From Microbotryum violaceum (taxonomy: Eukaryota), in NCBI GenBank assembly GCA_001244265.2, contig CDLV01000005.1, forward strand, positions 1,488,001-1,552,000: a stretch of DNA of 64,000 bases, read 5' to 3'. Positions 13,301 through 26,315 of the stretch are shown one piece after another. The notes beneath the pieces were generated by a model. It saw nothing but the letters and a program-made list of their open reading frames with translations. It did not search any database and had not been told where the DNA came from. The position numbers and the translations under genes were made by a program. Positions within the stretch are counted from its first letter, which is position 1, and the number at the start of each line of letters is the position of its first letter.

Positions 13301-14434
13301 GCTGTTGGACGCAGACATCAACTTGAAGGTGCGAGTATGGTAGCGAAGAGCCACTTTGCGCAAACGCAAACTCATCCGCAATTTAGCCAGTACGCGGCAC
13401 TTCCACCGCATTATTCTGCAAAAAACCAAACAAGCACACCCACCCATGGACCATTGTGCGCCTTGAGCTTGATGACCATCGCAATGAGGTCAGCTCGAAA
13501 AGGATAGAGCAATCCCCGAACCCGGGACGGCAAGATAGAAAGATTTACTGACGATATAACGTCCTCACGTAGTTCTTTGCGACTCTCGATGTACTCTCCG
13601 AGATGGGTGACCTCCTGTGTGGGACCGGTAACGAAGTGTAAGCTTTTGGCTTACTCGAGTTGACTAGCGAGTGCGGCTTGTGCGGACAGGCTCGTTGCGC
13701 CGCTGGGCCGGGAAAGGAGGCACAGAACCAGACCTGGCTCACCTCCGAGAGGAAGGAGTGTTCGAAAGCGAGGGCCGGGTCCCACAGTGCGCAAGCAGTA
13801 AATGATTCGGAAACCTTTACTCGGTAAAAGTATTCCACCGTACGCGCTTATGAACCTCTCCAACAGGCAGTGAGGGACGACCTGCTCCTGATGAAGTGAG
13901 GATGCACACTTATCGCCTTCGTAATTGACCTGAACTCGAGCGCAGCGAAACATCACTCTCAACTCGTCGGTCCCTCTTTTTCGCTCCGGATCAAAGGTGA
14001 GCTCGAAGCCGGTATCGGTCGCAAAGCACTATGGACCACATGGGTTTTTTATCACTTAGAAGAAAGTCGCAACCAGCCTCGCGCAGATCGCGACATTACC
14101 GAATGTGTTAAGAAATCACGTACGACGCCCGACGAGACGTTCGGGCGCCGAACGGGCAGAGACCGAGAATGTGGGAGTTGTGAAAAAAGTCTTTGATGTT
14201 ACAGCAATGAAAACTCTTTGAGGGGTGAAACACTTTTCGAGAAAGAATAGACCAAAAATTGATGAAGACGTCGCTGACAAGAAGCGATTACGCCCTTCAT
14301 GGGGGATAGAAGATTCCTCGGGATCCGGGAAAGGTTTCCCTTTTTGTACGAGCAAGAATAAGTGGAGTGGTGAGGTTTCGGGTTGGTCGTGATAGGGATC
14401 GTTTTCAATCTAATCGGTGCATCGTCTCGATCAA

Positions 14435-16649
14435 TTAGAAGCCCATTCCGCCTCCCATCTGTTTACACAAGAGGTAAGAACGACGTCAGTTCATGACCAA
14501 GCAGCAGCGCCCGAGCTATCAAAGACTCACTCCTCCCATTCCGCCGGGCATCCCCGGCATGCCACCGGCGCCCTTCTCCTCCGGCGCATCGACGATCGAG
14601 CACTCCGAAGTGAACAGAAGCGACGCAACACCCGAGGCGCGCTGCAGACTCGTCTTGATGACCTTGTAAGGGCTGGTGGGAGAAGACGCAAAAAATCAGA
14701 GTCAAGCCTCATCGTGAAGTGAAAGAAAGAAGTTGGCACGACTTACTCCAAGATACCAGACACCATCATATCAACGTACTCGCCCTTGGCAGCATCATAC
14801 CCCCAGTTGAACTGGCCCTCGGCCGAGTACTTTTCCAGCAGGGTACCGACAATGACGGACCCCTCCTCGCCGGCGTTTTCGACGATCGTCCGTATGGGCT
14901 TAGAGATAGCGGATCGAATGAGGTCCACGCCGAGCTTGTGGTCAAAGTTGGGCGATGGCAACTCCTTGAGAGTTTGCGATGCCTTCAACAACGCCGTTCC
15001 ACCACCGGGGACGACGCCCTCTTCCACAGCGGCACGAGTGGCGTTGAGCGCGTCGTCAAAGCGGTCCTTCTTCTCGCCGACTTCGACTTCGGAGCTGCCG
15101 CCAACCTTGATGACGGCGACGCCGCCACTGAGCTTGGCGAGGCGCTCCTGCAACTTGGTGCGGTCGTAGTCCGAGGTCGTGGGGTCGACCATCGCGGCGC
15201 GGATTTGCTCGCATCGGTCCTGCAAGATAGCGAACGTAGATGATCAGTAAACAAGCGCTCGTGAACCTCCCAATCAGGACATTTGACAGCTCACCGAGAT
15301 CATGGTCTTCTCCCCCGATCCGTTGAGGAGGATGGTGTCCTCCTTGGTGATCGTGACGGAGCCCGTCGAGCCGAGCATGTCCGGCGTAGCCTTTTCGAGC
15401 TTGATGTCCAGTTCGTCGGTAAAGACGGTCGATCCGGTCAAGATGGCCAAATCACCGAGGATCGACTTGCGGTTGTCACCGAAGCCGGGGGCCTTGACAG
15501 CCGCGACCTGGAGTTGACCACGGAGCTTGTTGAGGATGCAAGCTGCGAGGGCCTCACCGTCGATGTCCTCTGAAATGATGAGGAGAGGTCGTCGAGCCTG
15601 AGCCGCGGCTTCGAGGGAGGGCAGAATGTCCTGGATCAACGAGATCTTCTTCTCCGAGAGCAGGATCAAGGGCTTTTCGAACTCGACGCGCTGGGACTTG
15701 ATGTCGGTGACAAAGTAAGGGGAGATGTAGCCTCGATCGAAACGCATGCCTTCGGTGATCTCGATCTCGTCCTCGATCGTCTTGCCCTCCTTGACGGTGA
15801 TGACGCCTTCCTTGCCAACCTTCTCCATCGCCTGAGCGATCAGGTTGCCGACGTGCTGGTCGCCGTTGGCAGAGATGGTCGCGACCTGGGCGATTTCGGC
15901 CGAGGTGGTGATGGAACGCTTGTGGGTCTCGAGGAACTTGATGACGGCGTCAACGGCGGCCTGCGAACCTCGTCGAAGGTCCATCGGGTTGCACCCGGCG
16001 GCAACGTTTTTAACCCCCTCGGAGTAGATGGCGCGAGCGAGCACGGTCGCGGTCGTGGTTCCGTCACCGGCTTCCTCGTTTGTTCGATTGGCTACGTCTT
16101 GGATCAAGCTGTGCAAGTGCAAAACGAGTTGTGTTTAGTGCGGGCTCGTATCGTGCTTTGATGCAACAGGTTTCTTACCGAGCTCCGAGGTTCTCAAACT
16201 TGTCCTGGAGGGTGATGCTCTTGGCGACGGTGACACCATCTTTGGTGATCTGTGGGTTGAGCGGTGACGTTCAGTTTCGAAAGACAGAAATCAAAGCTGA
16301 TCAAAGGTACGAGGCCGACGCACCTTGGGTCCGCCAAAGGCTTGTTCGATGATGACGTTGCGTCCCTTGGGTCCGAGAGTGACCGAGACGGCCTTCGCAA
16401 GCACCTCGACACCGGCGAGCAACGCCTGGCGACCTTGGTTGCCAAACATCAACTCCTAGATAAGGGTGGTGGGGTGTAGTTTATTGCCATTTGGAAGAGC
16501 GAGAGCGAGATGGTGGAGTGGGTCAGCTGGGAAAATGCGCGGGCGTGATTGGATTGGCTTACCTTGTGTGCGAATCGACGGGTGGTGAGGCTGCCCGAGG
16601 CGTGGTTCATCCTCGGCTTGACCGTTCGGACGGCGGATGATCGCAGCAT
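14435..16649 (-). CDS. HSP60: Mitochondrial chaperonin Hsp60
   Basis: Presequence [13 protein letters not shown]..; [53 protein letters not shown] tail split by a final intron and ending MGGGMGF-stop at 14435. Confidence 0.98.
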
Positions 16650-16949
16650 GGTGGTAGGATGTGCTGTAGTTGGATGCTACAGGGTACGAAAGAGTGCGAA
16701 AGAGTGCGCGGTGGTGCGAGAAGAAGGGAAAGGAAAGCAAAAGGAAATGTGTCGGCATGGCGATCCGCGCGAGTTTCCACGACTGTCCACAGCCTTCCAC
16801 AATTCCACCGCTGTCGCTGTCCACGAGATTCCACGAGCTTCTCTGGAGAGCCGCGCGAAGGGCAACAGCCGTCCAACTTTCCCTGCCTTGGCTCGTTGAC
16901 TTTGCCAACCATTTTCACGCCCTCACCCACCCACCCACCCACCACCACC
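16650..16949. promoter_or_regulatory. Bidirectional HSP60/HSP10 promoter with a phased TTC/GTC array resembling a step-type heat-shock element
   Basis: 300 bp between divergent ATGs; TTC or GTC triplets at 16775/16785/16795 and 16819/16829/16839, exactly 10 bp apart, mostly as (T/G)TCCAC. Confidence 0.6.
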
Positions 16950-17570
16950 ATGGTCAGTACAGCTCCTCCACCCCTTCAGATCCCGCTTGACGTTTCAGGT
17001 TTCAGACCCGGCCGAGGTCGACTGCTTCGCACCGTAGCATAGCGTTTCCCCATCCACACGCTAACCGTCTGCAACCTCCTATCCGACCCGCAATGCAGTC
17101 GCTCACTATCAAAACTATCAAATCCCTCGCCCCCTTGCTGGACCGAGTCTTGATCCAACGTGCCAAAGTAGTCGAGGTAAGACCACACGCCTCTCTACTC
17201 TCCATCCTGTGCTCATCTCCCTAACCCGTCTAACCCCCCCGTTCCTCGGCTGGAACGCCTACAGAAAACCGCGTCAGGTTTGTTCCTCCCCTCGGCAGCC
17301 AACAATTCTCCCCCACCTGAAGGTCTTGTGCTCGCCGTCGGTCCCGGTGCACCAGGGAAGGATGGCCAGATCGTACCCGTCTCCGTCAAGGCCGGCGATC
17401 GAGTCGTCCTTCCCGCGTTCGGTGGAGTCGGCGTCAAGGTTGGAGATGAGGTAAGCTCACCGAAATAGCTACCTGTACCGGAACGGCAGTGCTGAGCACA
17501 CCCTCATTCGCTCGTTCAGGAATACCAACTTTTCCGCGACTCCGAGATCCTCGCCAAGTTGAACGAGTAA
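16950..17570 (+). CDS. HSP10: Mitochondrial co-chaperonin Hsp10; first coding exon is the ATG alone
   Basis: ATG|GTCAGT intron to CAG at 17098, then SLTIKTIKSLAPLLDRVLIQR, KTASGLFLP, VLAVGPG, VKAGDRVVLP, EYQLFRDSEILAKLNE-stop. Confidence 0.95.
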
Positions 17571-18255
17571 AGCAGGAGGCCATTCGGCAAGACAAGTTTC
17601 AGTTTTTCTAAAAAAAGGATGCAAAGCAACGATCTCTTTTTGAATGTACAAGAAGGAATAATTAAGACGTCGTGATTCTCCCCTCTCAACCTCCTGGCCT
17701 CGACGGCTAGAGTCGGCGGCCGCTTTTAGGTCACGTGAGAGAAACCGGCATGGAAATTTCACTGGGTGTCTTGTTTTGACGAGAGCGGTGTTGACTTTGA
17801 TTCGAGAGAGAAATAGCGAAGCCACGTATCTGCTGCGCGGCACAATGCCCGCTCGGCCGATTGGTGCGACGGCCGAGGTGAGGCTGACCACCGCGCGAAA
17901 CCCTGAGTGAGGACAGAGGAGACCAGAGGAGACGGGACGGGCCAGAAAGTGGAGCTCAACGCCAAGTCCCACGCTCGGCTCTTGCGCGCATGCAACATTC
18001 TACCCTCCAGCAGCTCTAGTCACCCATCTCGTGCATCCGCTCCTGAGCGTCCCCTTCTTCGTTGGCGCTCGTACTGGATGGCCGCCAATCTTTACTAGTC
18101 GTCGCATGCCAACTACCACCTGCACCCGCGCTCGGCACTGCTCGCGCGCGGCCCGCGTCGACGATCTGCGCCATGCCACAAAACAGGAGATCGCGTCGGT
18201 CGAAATATTGTCTGGATCAGGTGAGTCTATATGTTTTGCAGGGTAGAATTGCGTC

Positions 18256-18359
18256 GAAACGTCAAAAATCTGCAAAAGCGCCTCGGTGGTGAAACGTGTG
18301 TTTCGTCCTCAAATGTCAATTTTTTGCAATGCGCCTCCGGCTGGGCTTTCTGGGGTCCT
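18256..18359 (+). repeat. Dispersed partial copy of the repeat module found upstream of the KDZ transposase (60474-60629)
   Basis: GAAACGTGTGTTTCGTCCTCAAATGTCAATTTTTTGCAATGCGCCTCCGGCTGGGCTTTCTGGGGTCCT closely matches 60508-60554 joined to 60601-60629. Confidence 0.8.
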
Positions 18360-19480
18360 CTTACCACCGCTTGAGCAGGTGTGTAATAAGCAACTTCTTG
18401 GTCTGCTCTCTTTGGTCCGTCGATCAGAGCCTTACCACCGCTTGAGCAGGCGTCAAAATTTCATACAACGGTCTCGTGAAAATACCGCCCAGCAAGCCCA
18501 CTTGATCAGCCCAGGCCCCCGCCCTCAGCTAGCAGCTGCTCCCCGAGCGCGCGTGTGGCGCGTGCACTTCATGCCTCGAGAGGTCATAATCGCTAAGCTC
18601 AACTAGCGCTCCCTCTGGGAGGGGCGTCGAGCTTACATAATCACCATACTCGAGGCCCCGAGACATCGCGCTGCGCCGAGCTGGCGTTGGAGCCTTGGAG
18701 GCCTATAGCCGAGCCGAACGGGCTCCGAGTCACGGCTCGGACCTCCTGGCTCCTGGCGTCCTGCATGATTTGACAGCCGCGATGCGAAGGCTTACAACAT
18801 GTGAACATTTAAAAAATACTGACCTAAGTAGATAGGTTTCCAGGTTGTACCGCAGGTACAGTCGGGGGGCGGGCAGGCAGGCGGGCGGCCTGGCGGGCCA
18901 GCGCACCTACTGCGGTCGATGCTGTGCCACCTCAGTTGCCGACAGTAGGCAGGTGGCTAAAATAGGTTCATACCTACTTAGATTTTTGAAAGCGTCCGTC
19001 AAATCAGAATTATCTTTAATAGTAGGGACTGCCACTTCCGCAGCTCAGATCCGGTGTCGACTTGACCAACCGCGGCCGCTGGCATTATGACGCCGAGCCG
19101 CCCCGCCCTGGGAGATTCGGCGCTAGAAGAACATTGGCTTGTTTCCCGATGACTCTCGGAAATCCGGCCTCTATCTTTGGAGGAGAAGACCAGACGCATG
19201 CTTAGAAGCCGCGACTCACCGTCTCGAGTCCAACCATTCAGATTCCCGAAGCTCCGATGAGCGCGCGCCGAGACGCTGAGCCGCGTCGCGAGAAGGTGCG
19301 CATGGATCGATTAGTACCATGCCTTACAACTGCCGCTCTGCTGCTAATGGTCCGTTAGATAGGCTCAATCGCCGAACTTGCAGGATTCGCGTCGGCGTCA
19401 GCGCTAGCGTTTCTTCAACTGGGTTCATCTTCAGTTCAGTCCCTCCCACTCGCTCTCACCTTTCAGACGTCTCGATCAGC

Positions 19481-21537
19481 ATGCTGTCCCGCTTGGTTTT
19501 GCTGTGGCTTGGTCTGTCACTCGTCAATGTCGCGGCAGGTGCGAATGGTTTATTGTGAGAACTTTATTCGCAGCCGCTGCGCACGCGACTACCAGCTGCT
19601 CGGCCCTTTGTCGCCGCCGAATGTCAACGTGCCGCTCAACTGATGCCTGTGCTGGAAAATTTGTCTGCAGAGGACAATATTGGCCTGCTTACGGGACACA
19701 AAAACCTCAAGCCGTCGACTGGTCACGGACCGATATTGGGTACTACTTTGGTGCGTGCCGGCTGTGATGAGAGCACTTCAATCATGAGTCGTCGCCGAGT
19801 TGGGCCTTGTGACCTTGGCAGGCTTGGCGCGCTCCGGTCGTGGTTGAACTGACATCTAGATCTGTGATCTCCGTGCTCCCTCTCGGCGATGCGACGATGT
19901 GTGATCACAGTCTCCGAAACCGATGCCACAGGGTTCAACATTCCCAAGGGCCAGTCTATATCGGCTCTCAAGACGTTCGTGTCCACAGCACACTCGAGTA
20001 AGTCGTTCAAGTCGAGCTCGGACGCCGCCCGCTGCACAGTCGAAGCGTCGACGCGTTGACGCGAGGGCTCGCCGAGTCGCGGAGAGACGCGTCCCAGTGC
20101 ATCTCAGTTCTGATGAGAGATTGGACGACTGACTGACCCACGTGGAATCGACCATCTGATCCTGTTTTCCACAGAACGCAAGAAGGCCGTATTCACAATC
20201 GGGGGCTGGACGGGGTCGAGGTACTTTTCAGATCGAGGTGAGAATCTTGTTTCGGTGCGCGTTCTCGTAAGTGGCTGACCTTGCTCTTTCGTGTGAGCTG
20301 CAGTCGCTACAAGTGGCAATCGTACGAAGCTCGTGGCAGCAATCAGGGAATTTCTTGTCAAGTACGACTTCGATGGCGTTGACCTTGTAGGTCTCTTCGG
20401 GCTAGCTTGGTGCCTGTATCATGCTGCTCTTTCGTGCGCAGTCCAAAACTCAAGCTGATCTGCTTCACGCTTGGAAGGACTGGGAGTACCCAGGATCGCA
20501 AGGCATCGGTTGCAACAAGGTCCGGGCTACCGACTCGGACAACTTCCTCCTTTTCCTCAAATCGCTTCGGGCAACCCTCGGGTCAAAAAAGCTCATCACC
20601 GCCGCCATTGGAGCATCGGGTCTCATCGGTGCCGATGGAAACCCGCTGACCGACATGAAAGCCTTTGGAGCGGTCTTTGACATCATCAACCTCATGACAT
20701 ACGATGTGGGTGGGCCATGGAGCCCGACCTCGGGACCCAACTGCCCTTTGAGGACGTGCAACAGCGACACGAGTGTGATGCAAGTGGTCCAGGCTTTTAA
20801 GAAAGCTGGGATCCCCGCGTCCAAGATGATGCTCGGCATCCCCGCCTACGGTTACTCGTATCAGCTCAAGTCCTCGACGCTGGCGTCGAAAAGGATCGAC
20901 GGCTATGTTTCACGTGTCTATCAAGCCAAGACGAGCACGACACCCAAGGGCTCAAAGACGGACTCGAATGCCACCAGCACCGACGTTTGCGGTGTTCGGT
21001 CGGCTTCTTACAGTGGCATGTGGAACTATGTCAATCTCATATCGGAAGGGGTATGTTGTACATAGAATTCGTATACGCGGCCTCATATCTGGAGAGCCAT
21101 CTAATCGCTGTGCTGCCCTACTTCGGTTTGCTAGATCTTGTCTTCGAACGGTTCGGTTGGCCACATGGGTTTCACGCGATACGTCGACTCGTGCTCCGCC
21201 ACGCCTTTTCTCTTCAATCCAAGGACCAAAGTGATGATCAACTACGACGACGCCTATTCTGCGGGTCAAAAGACGGTGAGTCCCTTTGTCCTGCCCCGTG
21301 GTATCTTCTATGCACTGAAACGAGGCCCTTTGGCAACTCTGCCCGCCACCGCAGGCATATGCCATGTCTCAAGGTCTCAAAGGCGTCTATACCTTCGACT
21401 CCGCCGGATTCAACACCGCCGGTATGTCGCCGGACTCAATTACTCGGACTCTTTAGTTTACTTTGGGCGCTTCACTGACATTGTACTATTCACTTCACTC
21501 AGTCCTGAAAAGTATTCGAAACAAGCTTGATGCTTGA
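19481..21537 (+). CDS. Secreted GH18 chitinase, multi-exon
   Basis: Signal peptide MLSRLVLLWLGLSLVNVAA; FTIGGWTGS; catalytic FDGVDL|DWEYPG across an intron; INLMTYD; MLGIPAYG; INYDD; stop at 21535-21537. Confidence 0.93.
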
Positions 21538-22453
21538 GGCGACCCATCCTTCGCTCGATGATGCCCCGAGCCCACCCAACCCAATCTTGAACTCTCTTGC
21601 GCGGCCTGGTGCCAAGCCTGGTGCAACACTCTATACATATCTGTGTAAAATATTGACTATACAGAATCTTGCTTTCTTGCCGGGCTCCCTAAGTTTGGTT
21701 ATATATTTTCTCAGCCTCATGATGCAATGAAGGCGAAACTCGGGCTTTCGATACCAGACTGCATTCACATGGGCTATACCTGGCACGGTTCTCAGCCAAA
21801 GTCTTGCAGCTGACAGGACCACAAATAAAGTAGCGAATTTGCGGTGATGTCAGAGCTTGGGTCAGCAGCCCTGTTTAGGCCACCGGATCCTTTCCGCAAT
21901 ATCTGACCGCGGGCAGGGTCGCCGCGCCTCGAGCGCTCTGCCCCGGCCGCTTCTACCGTGGGCTTGTGAGGAGCGAAGCGCCCGCAGGATCTGCTGCTTG
22001 ATTCCAGCAAGAGCGGAAACCTGAGCTTGCGGCAAACTTCCTCGCATGCGCAGGAAAGCCAGGGGGGCGGGGGACGTAAGACTGTGCTATGGGAGTTGGA
22101 TGGCGCGGGCTATTACTGAGCACGGACCTCTGACGCGCATGTGTCTGACTAGTTTACCCACACACACCAAAAAAAAAAAAAAAGGGGCCTACAACAATAC
22201 AACTTCAAGTACTCCTGATGAATGTCAGCAGTGCCGACGATTCAGGCGGTACCCTTCCCCCTGGTGTAGTCGCTACATCGTCGCCAACAGTGCAGTGGCG
22301 GGCTAGTACCCGTCCTTTAGTAACAAGATGCGTCATCCGCCAGCCCTGAGGAAGCGTGAGGATATCGTTCGACGATGTGGGGCGAGCCCGGACCTGGCTG
22401 ACGAGCCGCTCTCTTCTTCCTCCTGCCCCTATCCTCCACCGCTCAACCCCACG

Positions 22454-24250
22454 ATGGAGACAACTGCGACCTACCTCGAGCCGTTGGGTAGTGAACTATC
22501 CTCCCTTACCTCCACAGCTCATGACGCAAGTGAACTCGGCCTCTCGCACGTCGACGACATCATCGCTCGCCTCGAACGCGCGAGGGCCCCGCTCATCAAC
22601 GCTCCGGACATCTCCACCTTTTCAATCGACGGCGACGCGACCATGATGACCGATACTTCTTCAACTACCATATCGATAGCGGGTCACTTGCTGCCATTGT
22701 CGATGATGCTCAAGTCGTCGGCTACGGCGGCCAGTGCGGCCCACAAGGAGTGGTCCTCCGCCGTGTCCAAGCTCGCCAAATCTGTCGACAAGGTTCGTAG
22801 CTCTGGGTTCTTGATGTTTTTGAAACGTTCTTTGAAACAACTGTGTTCCGAACTCGAGCAGAAATTCCCTTCGCCTCCTCGGGCGTTGTTCCCCCCGGCA
22901 GCTCAGAAGCAGCTTGTTGCCGCGTCATCAGCCGCAGCCCCGTCGTCGAACAGCAACTTCAGCGAGGGTCTCACACCGCACGGTGCCACAGCACCCTCAG
23001 CACAGGCATCTCTCGAGACGTCCCCCGCTTCCTCCACTTCCACTTCGACTGCTTCCCTTCTCCCCTTCGGCTCCCTCGAAACGACCGCCGCACTCAACTC
23101 GACCATCGCGCTGCACCTTGCCCGGATAGGCGCGTTCGAATCCCTCTCCTCTTTGAACGAACAAACCCACCACACCGTCCAGGATGCGGTGCCCGATCGA
23201 CTTCTTGCTTCTTTGAAAGAACTGCATCGTATACTGGCCCATCTCAAACAAGGAGTGTGTACGAGTGCGCTCGAGTGGATCGAACAAATACGACGCTCAT
23301 CAGAGAAGCCAGGCTCAATCGACGACGCGGCGCACCAAGCCAATTCGGATCCCGACCCCAACTCAGATCTCGAATTCGAGCTCCGGAAAGAAGAGTACAT
23401 CCGTCTCCTACTCTCCGCCTCATTGGACGACAGATACATGGCCGAACAAGAGCCCCTCTTGGCGCAGAACTCTTCCTCTTCTTCCCACGACAGGCGCCAG
23501 CAAGGCTCGATCAACTCCGCCCTTCGTTACGGCGGGCATCATTTCCGACGCTTGATGACGCCCTCTCGAAGAAGTCACATCGAGGCCTTGTTGACCGCGC
23601 CGATCTACATGCCGTTTGAACGCCTTCTCTCCTCCCCCTACGCACCCATTTTCGAACCCTACGCATCGACGACATCCACCCTATTGCGGGCCGACTCGAC
23701 ACCGACATGCGCCCTGTTCACCGCCGCTTTCCTCTCGACCTTGGACTTGCCCAGAGATAGTCCCCTCACGGTAGTGACCGACATCGGTGGGAGTGGGGCG
23801 ATGGCCAAGATCCATAAAGTGCGCGCGGTGATGAAGGAGCAGAAAACGTCGTGGAGCGCGATTGGGGAATTACCGGTACGTTCTTTTCGGCAAGCCAGGC
23901 TCTCGATGGAGCCTCTGATCCTTCTGTTGGCGATCTCTTTCAGGTTGAAGTCCCCCTTCCCACCAATCGTCGTTACCACTCCATCTTCGCCTGCCCCGTC
24001 TCGAAAGAACAATCGACACCTACGAATCCACCAATGTTATTAACCTGCGGCCACGTGATCGCCCGAGAGAGTTTAGTTCGCTTGGCGAGAGGGACTCCGT
24101 AAGTTCTTGTGGGGGAGGGAGTGCTTGGCTTTTGGTATCGTTTTGCTAAGACATTTTTATATTTGACTTTGCCTCCGAAGCAGCACGCTTAAATGCCCCT
24201 ACTGCCCCGCTATCTCGAACGCCAGTGCGGCTGTGAGGGTCAACTTTTGA
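22454..24250 (+). CDS. RMD5: GID/CTLH E3 ligase RING subunit Rmd5/Gid2 (RMND5)
   Basis: LisH/CTLH-like segments (IALHLARIG, SALEWI, LEFELRKEEYIRLL); CRA region SPLTVV; GELPVEVPLP; RING YHSIFACPVSKEQ..NPPMLLTCGHVI..LKCPYCP. Confidence 0.9.
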
Positions 24251-25750
24251 GTGATTGACCGAAGAATGCAGTGATCATGTTGTCGTGTCAATGTTTTTGT
24301 AAAGCATGTGCACAATTCCTAAGGGTTTTTTTGTTTGTTTTGGTAATGCTCCGCACCTTGTTTTGTAAATCAGAGTTCATCGTTTAGAAATTCGTATCCG
24401 TGAAGAGAAGAGGAAAGATCCTAATAGGGCTGGTCTTGACCAAACCTCGAGTCGGTTGCAGCTGGGAGTACGCTAGAGTATACAGCTACGAGGTACTGAG
24501 ACAAAGTGCTGTGGGTGCTGAGAGATGCCGAACGGAACGCGTGACGATCGAGGATGTGTGTGGCCACTATAATAGTACATAGCCCGAAGTAGCGACTCGG
24601 TGTACTTTTCCGCGATAGTTTTTCGAGCGAGTTCGTTGTAAGGGTTTGATCCCTCAAAGGTCGCGAGAACTGCTACAATCGACTGTTGACGCGTTCGGTT
24701 CGTTTCAGGTTGATCTCGTCTAAGTCGTCTAAGTTGTCTAAAGGAAAGAAAGACTATCCAAAGGCACTGTGACAAATCTATTCAAACGAGAGGAGAGCAA
24801 GTTGTCTCAGTTGTGGGCAAGGCCCCCGGGAGGGGCGCACCCATCACATTCGTCGTCAAAGACCGCCGGTGTAAGGTATGCGTCTCTGATGTGCATAAAT
24901 TACAATCTGTCGTTCTTGACCACTAGACTAAAAGCAAGTCGTAACTAGAACTCGGCAGTTCTAGCTACTCAGAGGCTACTTATAGGGCTGTTCTGTAAGG
25001 CATCCCCTTACAGCCGGTCTGACCCGTGATTCTCGATTCATAAATGACCCGGGTGAAAGACACGACACTACAAAGGACATGGCCAATGAGGGAAATTTGC
25101 CTTCTACCACGCAACTCGGGGAAGGGGGACCGGGGGACAGGCGGCAATTGCATTCAAAAGACCGAATCAAGGGGAGTAATCGCGTGGGCCGAGCCATTCT
25201 TATGGGTCAAGGCGCTGCCCCCTTTCGAACGGCTCGCTATTTCAATCTCAGTAGTTCAGGGGTCTGCCTGAGACCGAGAGCGGCTAGGCTGTGCCCATCC
25301 GAGGTATGGTCTACATGATATGCAACGAGTCAAGACCACCGAAGATCTTTGACAGAGACTTCCTTACGTATGTAAAGACTTCAACTTGGCTCCAGATGTG
25401 GTGTTGGTGTGCATCGTTGCGGCAACTTCAAGCGCGCTTGGGCCCCAGATCCGGCAGAGGCGATGGTGCTTAGGAGGTGGAAGCGCGCGTGCCGCCCTTT
25501 CGGTCCTTGTTAATCTCAGACTCTGAACACGTGTAGAAAGACCTTGGGACTCAAGATTACTGAGTTCGATAAGTCGCCAAATCCGCCCGGTTCGGCCCGA
25601 GAGCCCGATAGAGCCCGATATTCCCAGCGCGCTATAATTTCGGGGGTCGCACAGGATATGTGCTTCTTTCCCTCTCTCTCGCCACACCAACACACAGTCT
25701 CGTTTCATCCACGTGATTCCAACCGTATTTCCTACATATACCCTCCCGAG

Positions 25751-26315
25751 ATGCGCTTCTCCCTCGCCTTCTTTGCCGTCCCTTTCTTGGTCGGCCAAGT
25801 CGTGGCTAGGTGAGCTAGTGTTCGGTCTTGGTCTTCGAGCCGAGCAAGCCACAGCGGGTCCGCATTTGTGGCGCTGACTCGACCAAAGCCGCCTTCCCCG
25901 CTTCTCTTCCATTCCCCAGCGTTTCCGACTGGTCCGCCAAAAATGGCTCGTTCAAATGCACCTCCAATGAAGCCGGCAAGGGAGGCAAATGCATGTAAGT
26001 TGTTCGGCCTTTCCCACCCAGCTGGGGCACACCCAAGAGCTGAGTTGGGCCCCCTCGCTCGCATAGATACCGAACTTCCATGGTGATTTAACCTTGGTTG
26101 AGTACATTGATTTAAACAGGGTCTGTGTCCATTCAAATTTGGATATTTTCAATACGAGGTGAACCAACGTGTTACACATGCTCTGTAGGAGGGGGAAGCT
26201 AACATACTTCTCCCCGCTGCCATCGTTTCTTCGGAAACTTGCCGGTTGTGTGGGCAGTCTAAGCCAAGCCTGCGGCAACTGCGGTGAGTTCTGCACCTCA
26301 AATGTCCATGCGTGA
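25751..26315 (+). CDS. Small secreted cysteine-rich protein, 76 aa, candidate effector; exons 25751-25809, 25920-25994, 26120-26158, 26258-26315
   Basis: Three frame-preserving GT-AG introns give MRFSLAFFAVPFLVGQVVASVSDWSAKNGSFKCTSNEAGKGGKCMVCVHSNLDIFNTSLSQACGNCGEFCTSNVHA, with a hydrophobic signal peptide and 6 Cys. Confidence 0.75.

Noticed and set aside
14719-16161. Plus-strand ORFs opposite HSP60, and similar antisense ORFs over other genes and RT regions
   Set aside because: Shadow frames caused by GC-rich codon bias
17996-18981. Short inverted repeats (ATTCTACCCT/AGGGTAGAAT and CTAAGTAG/CTACTTAG) as MITE ends
   Set aside because: Too short and without target-site duplication; cannot be separated from chance without genome copy data
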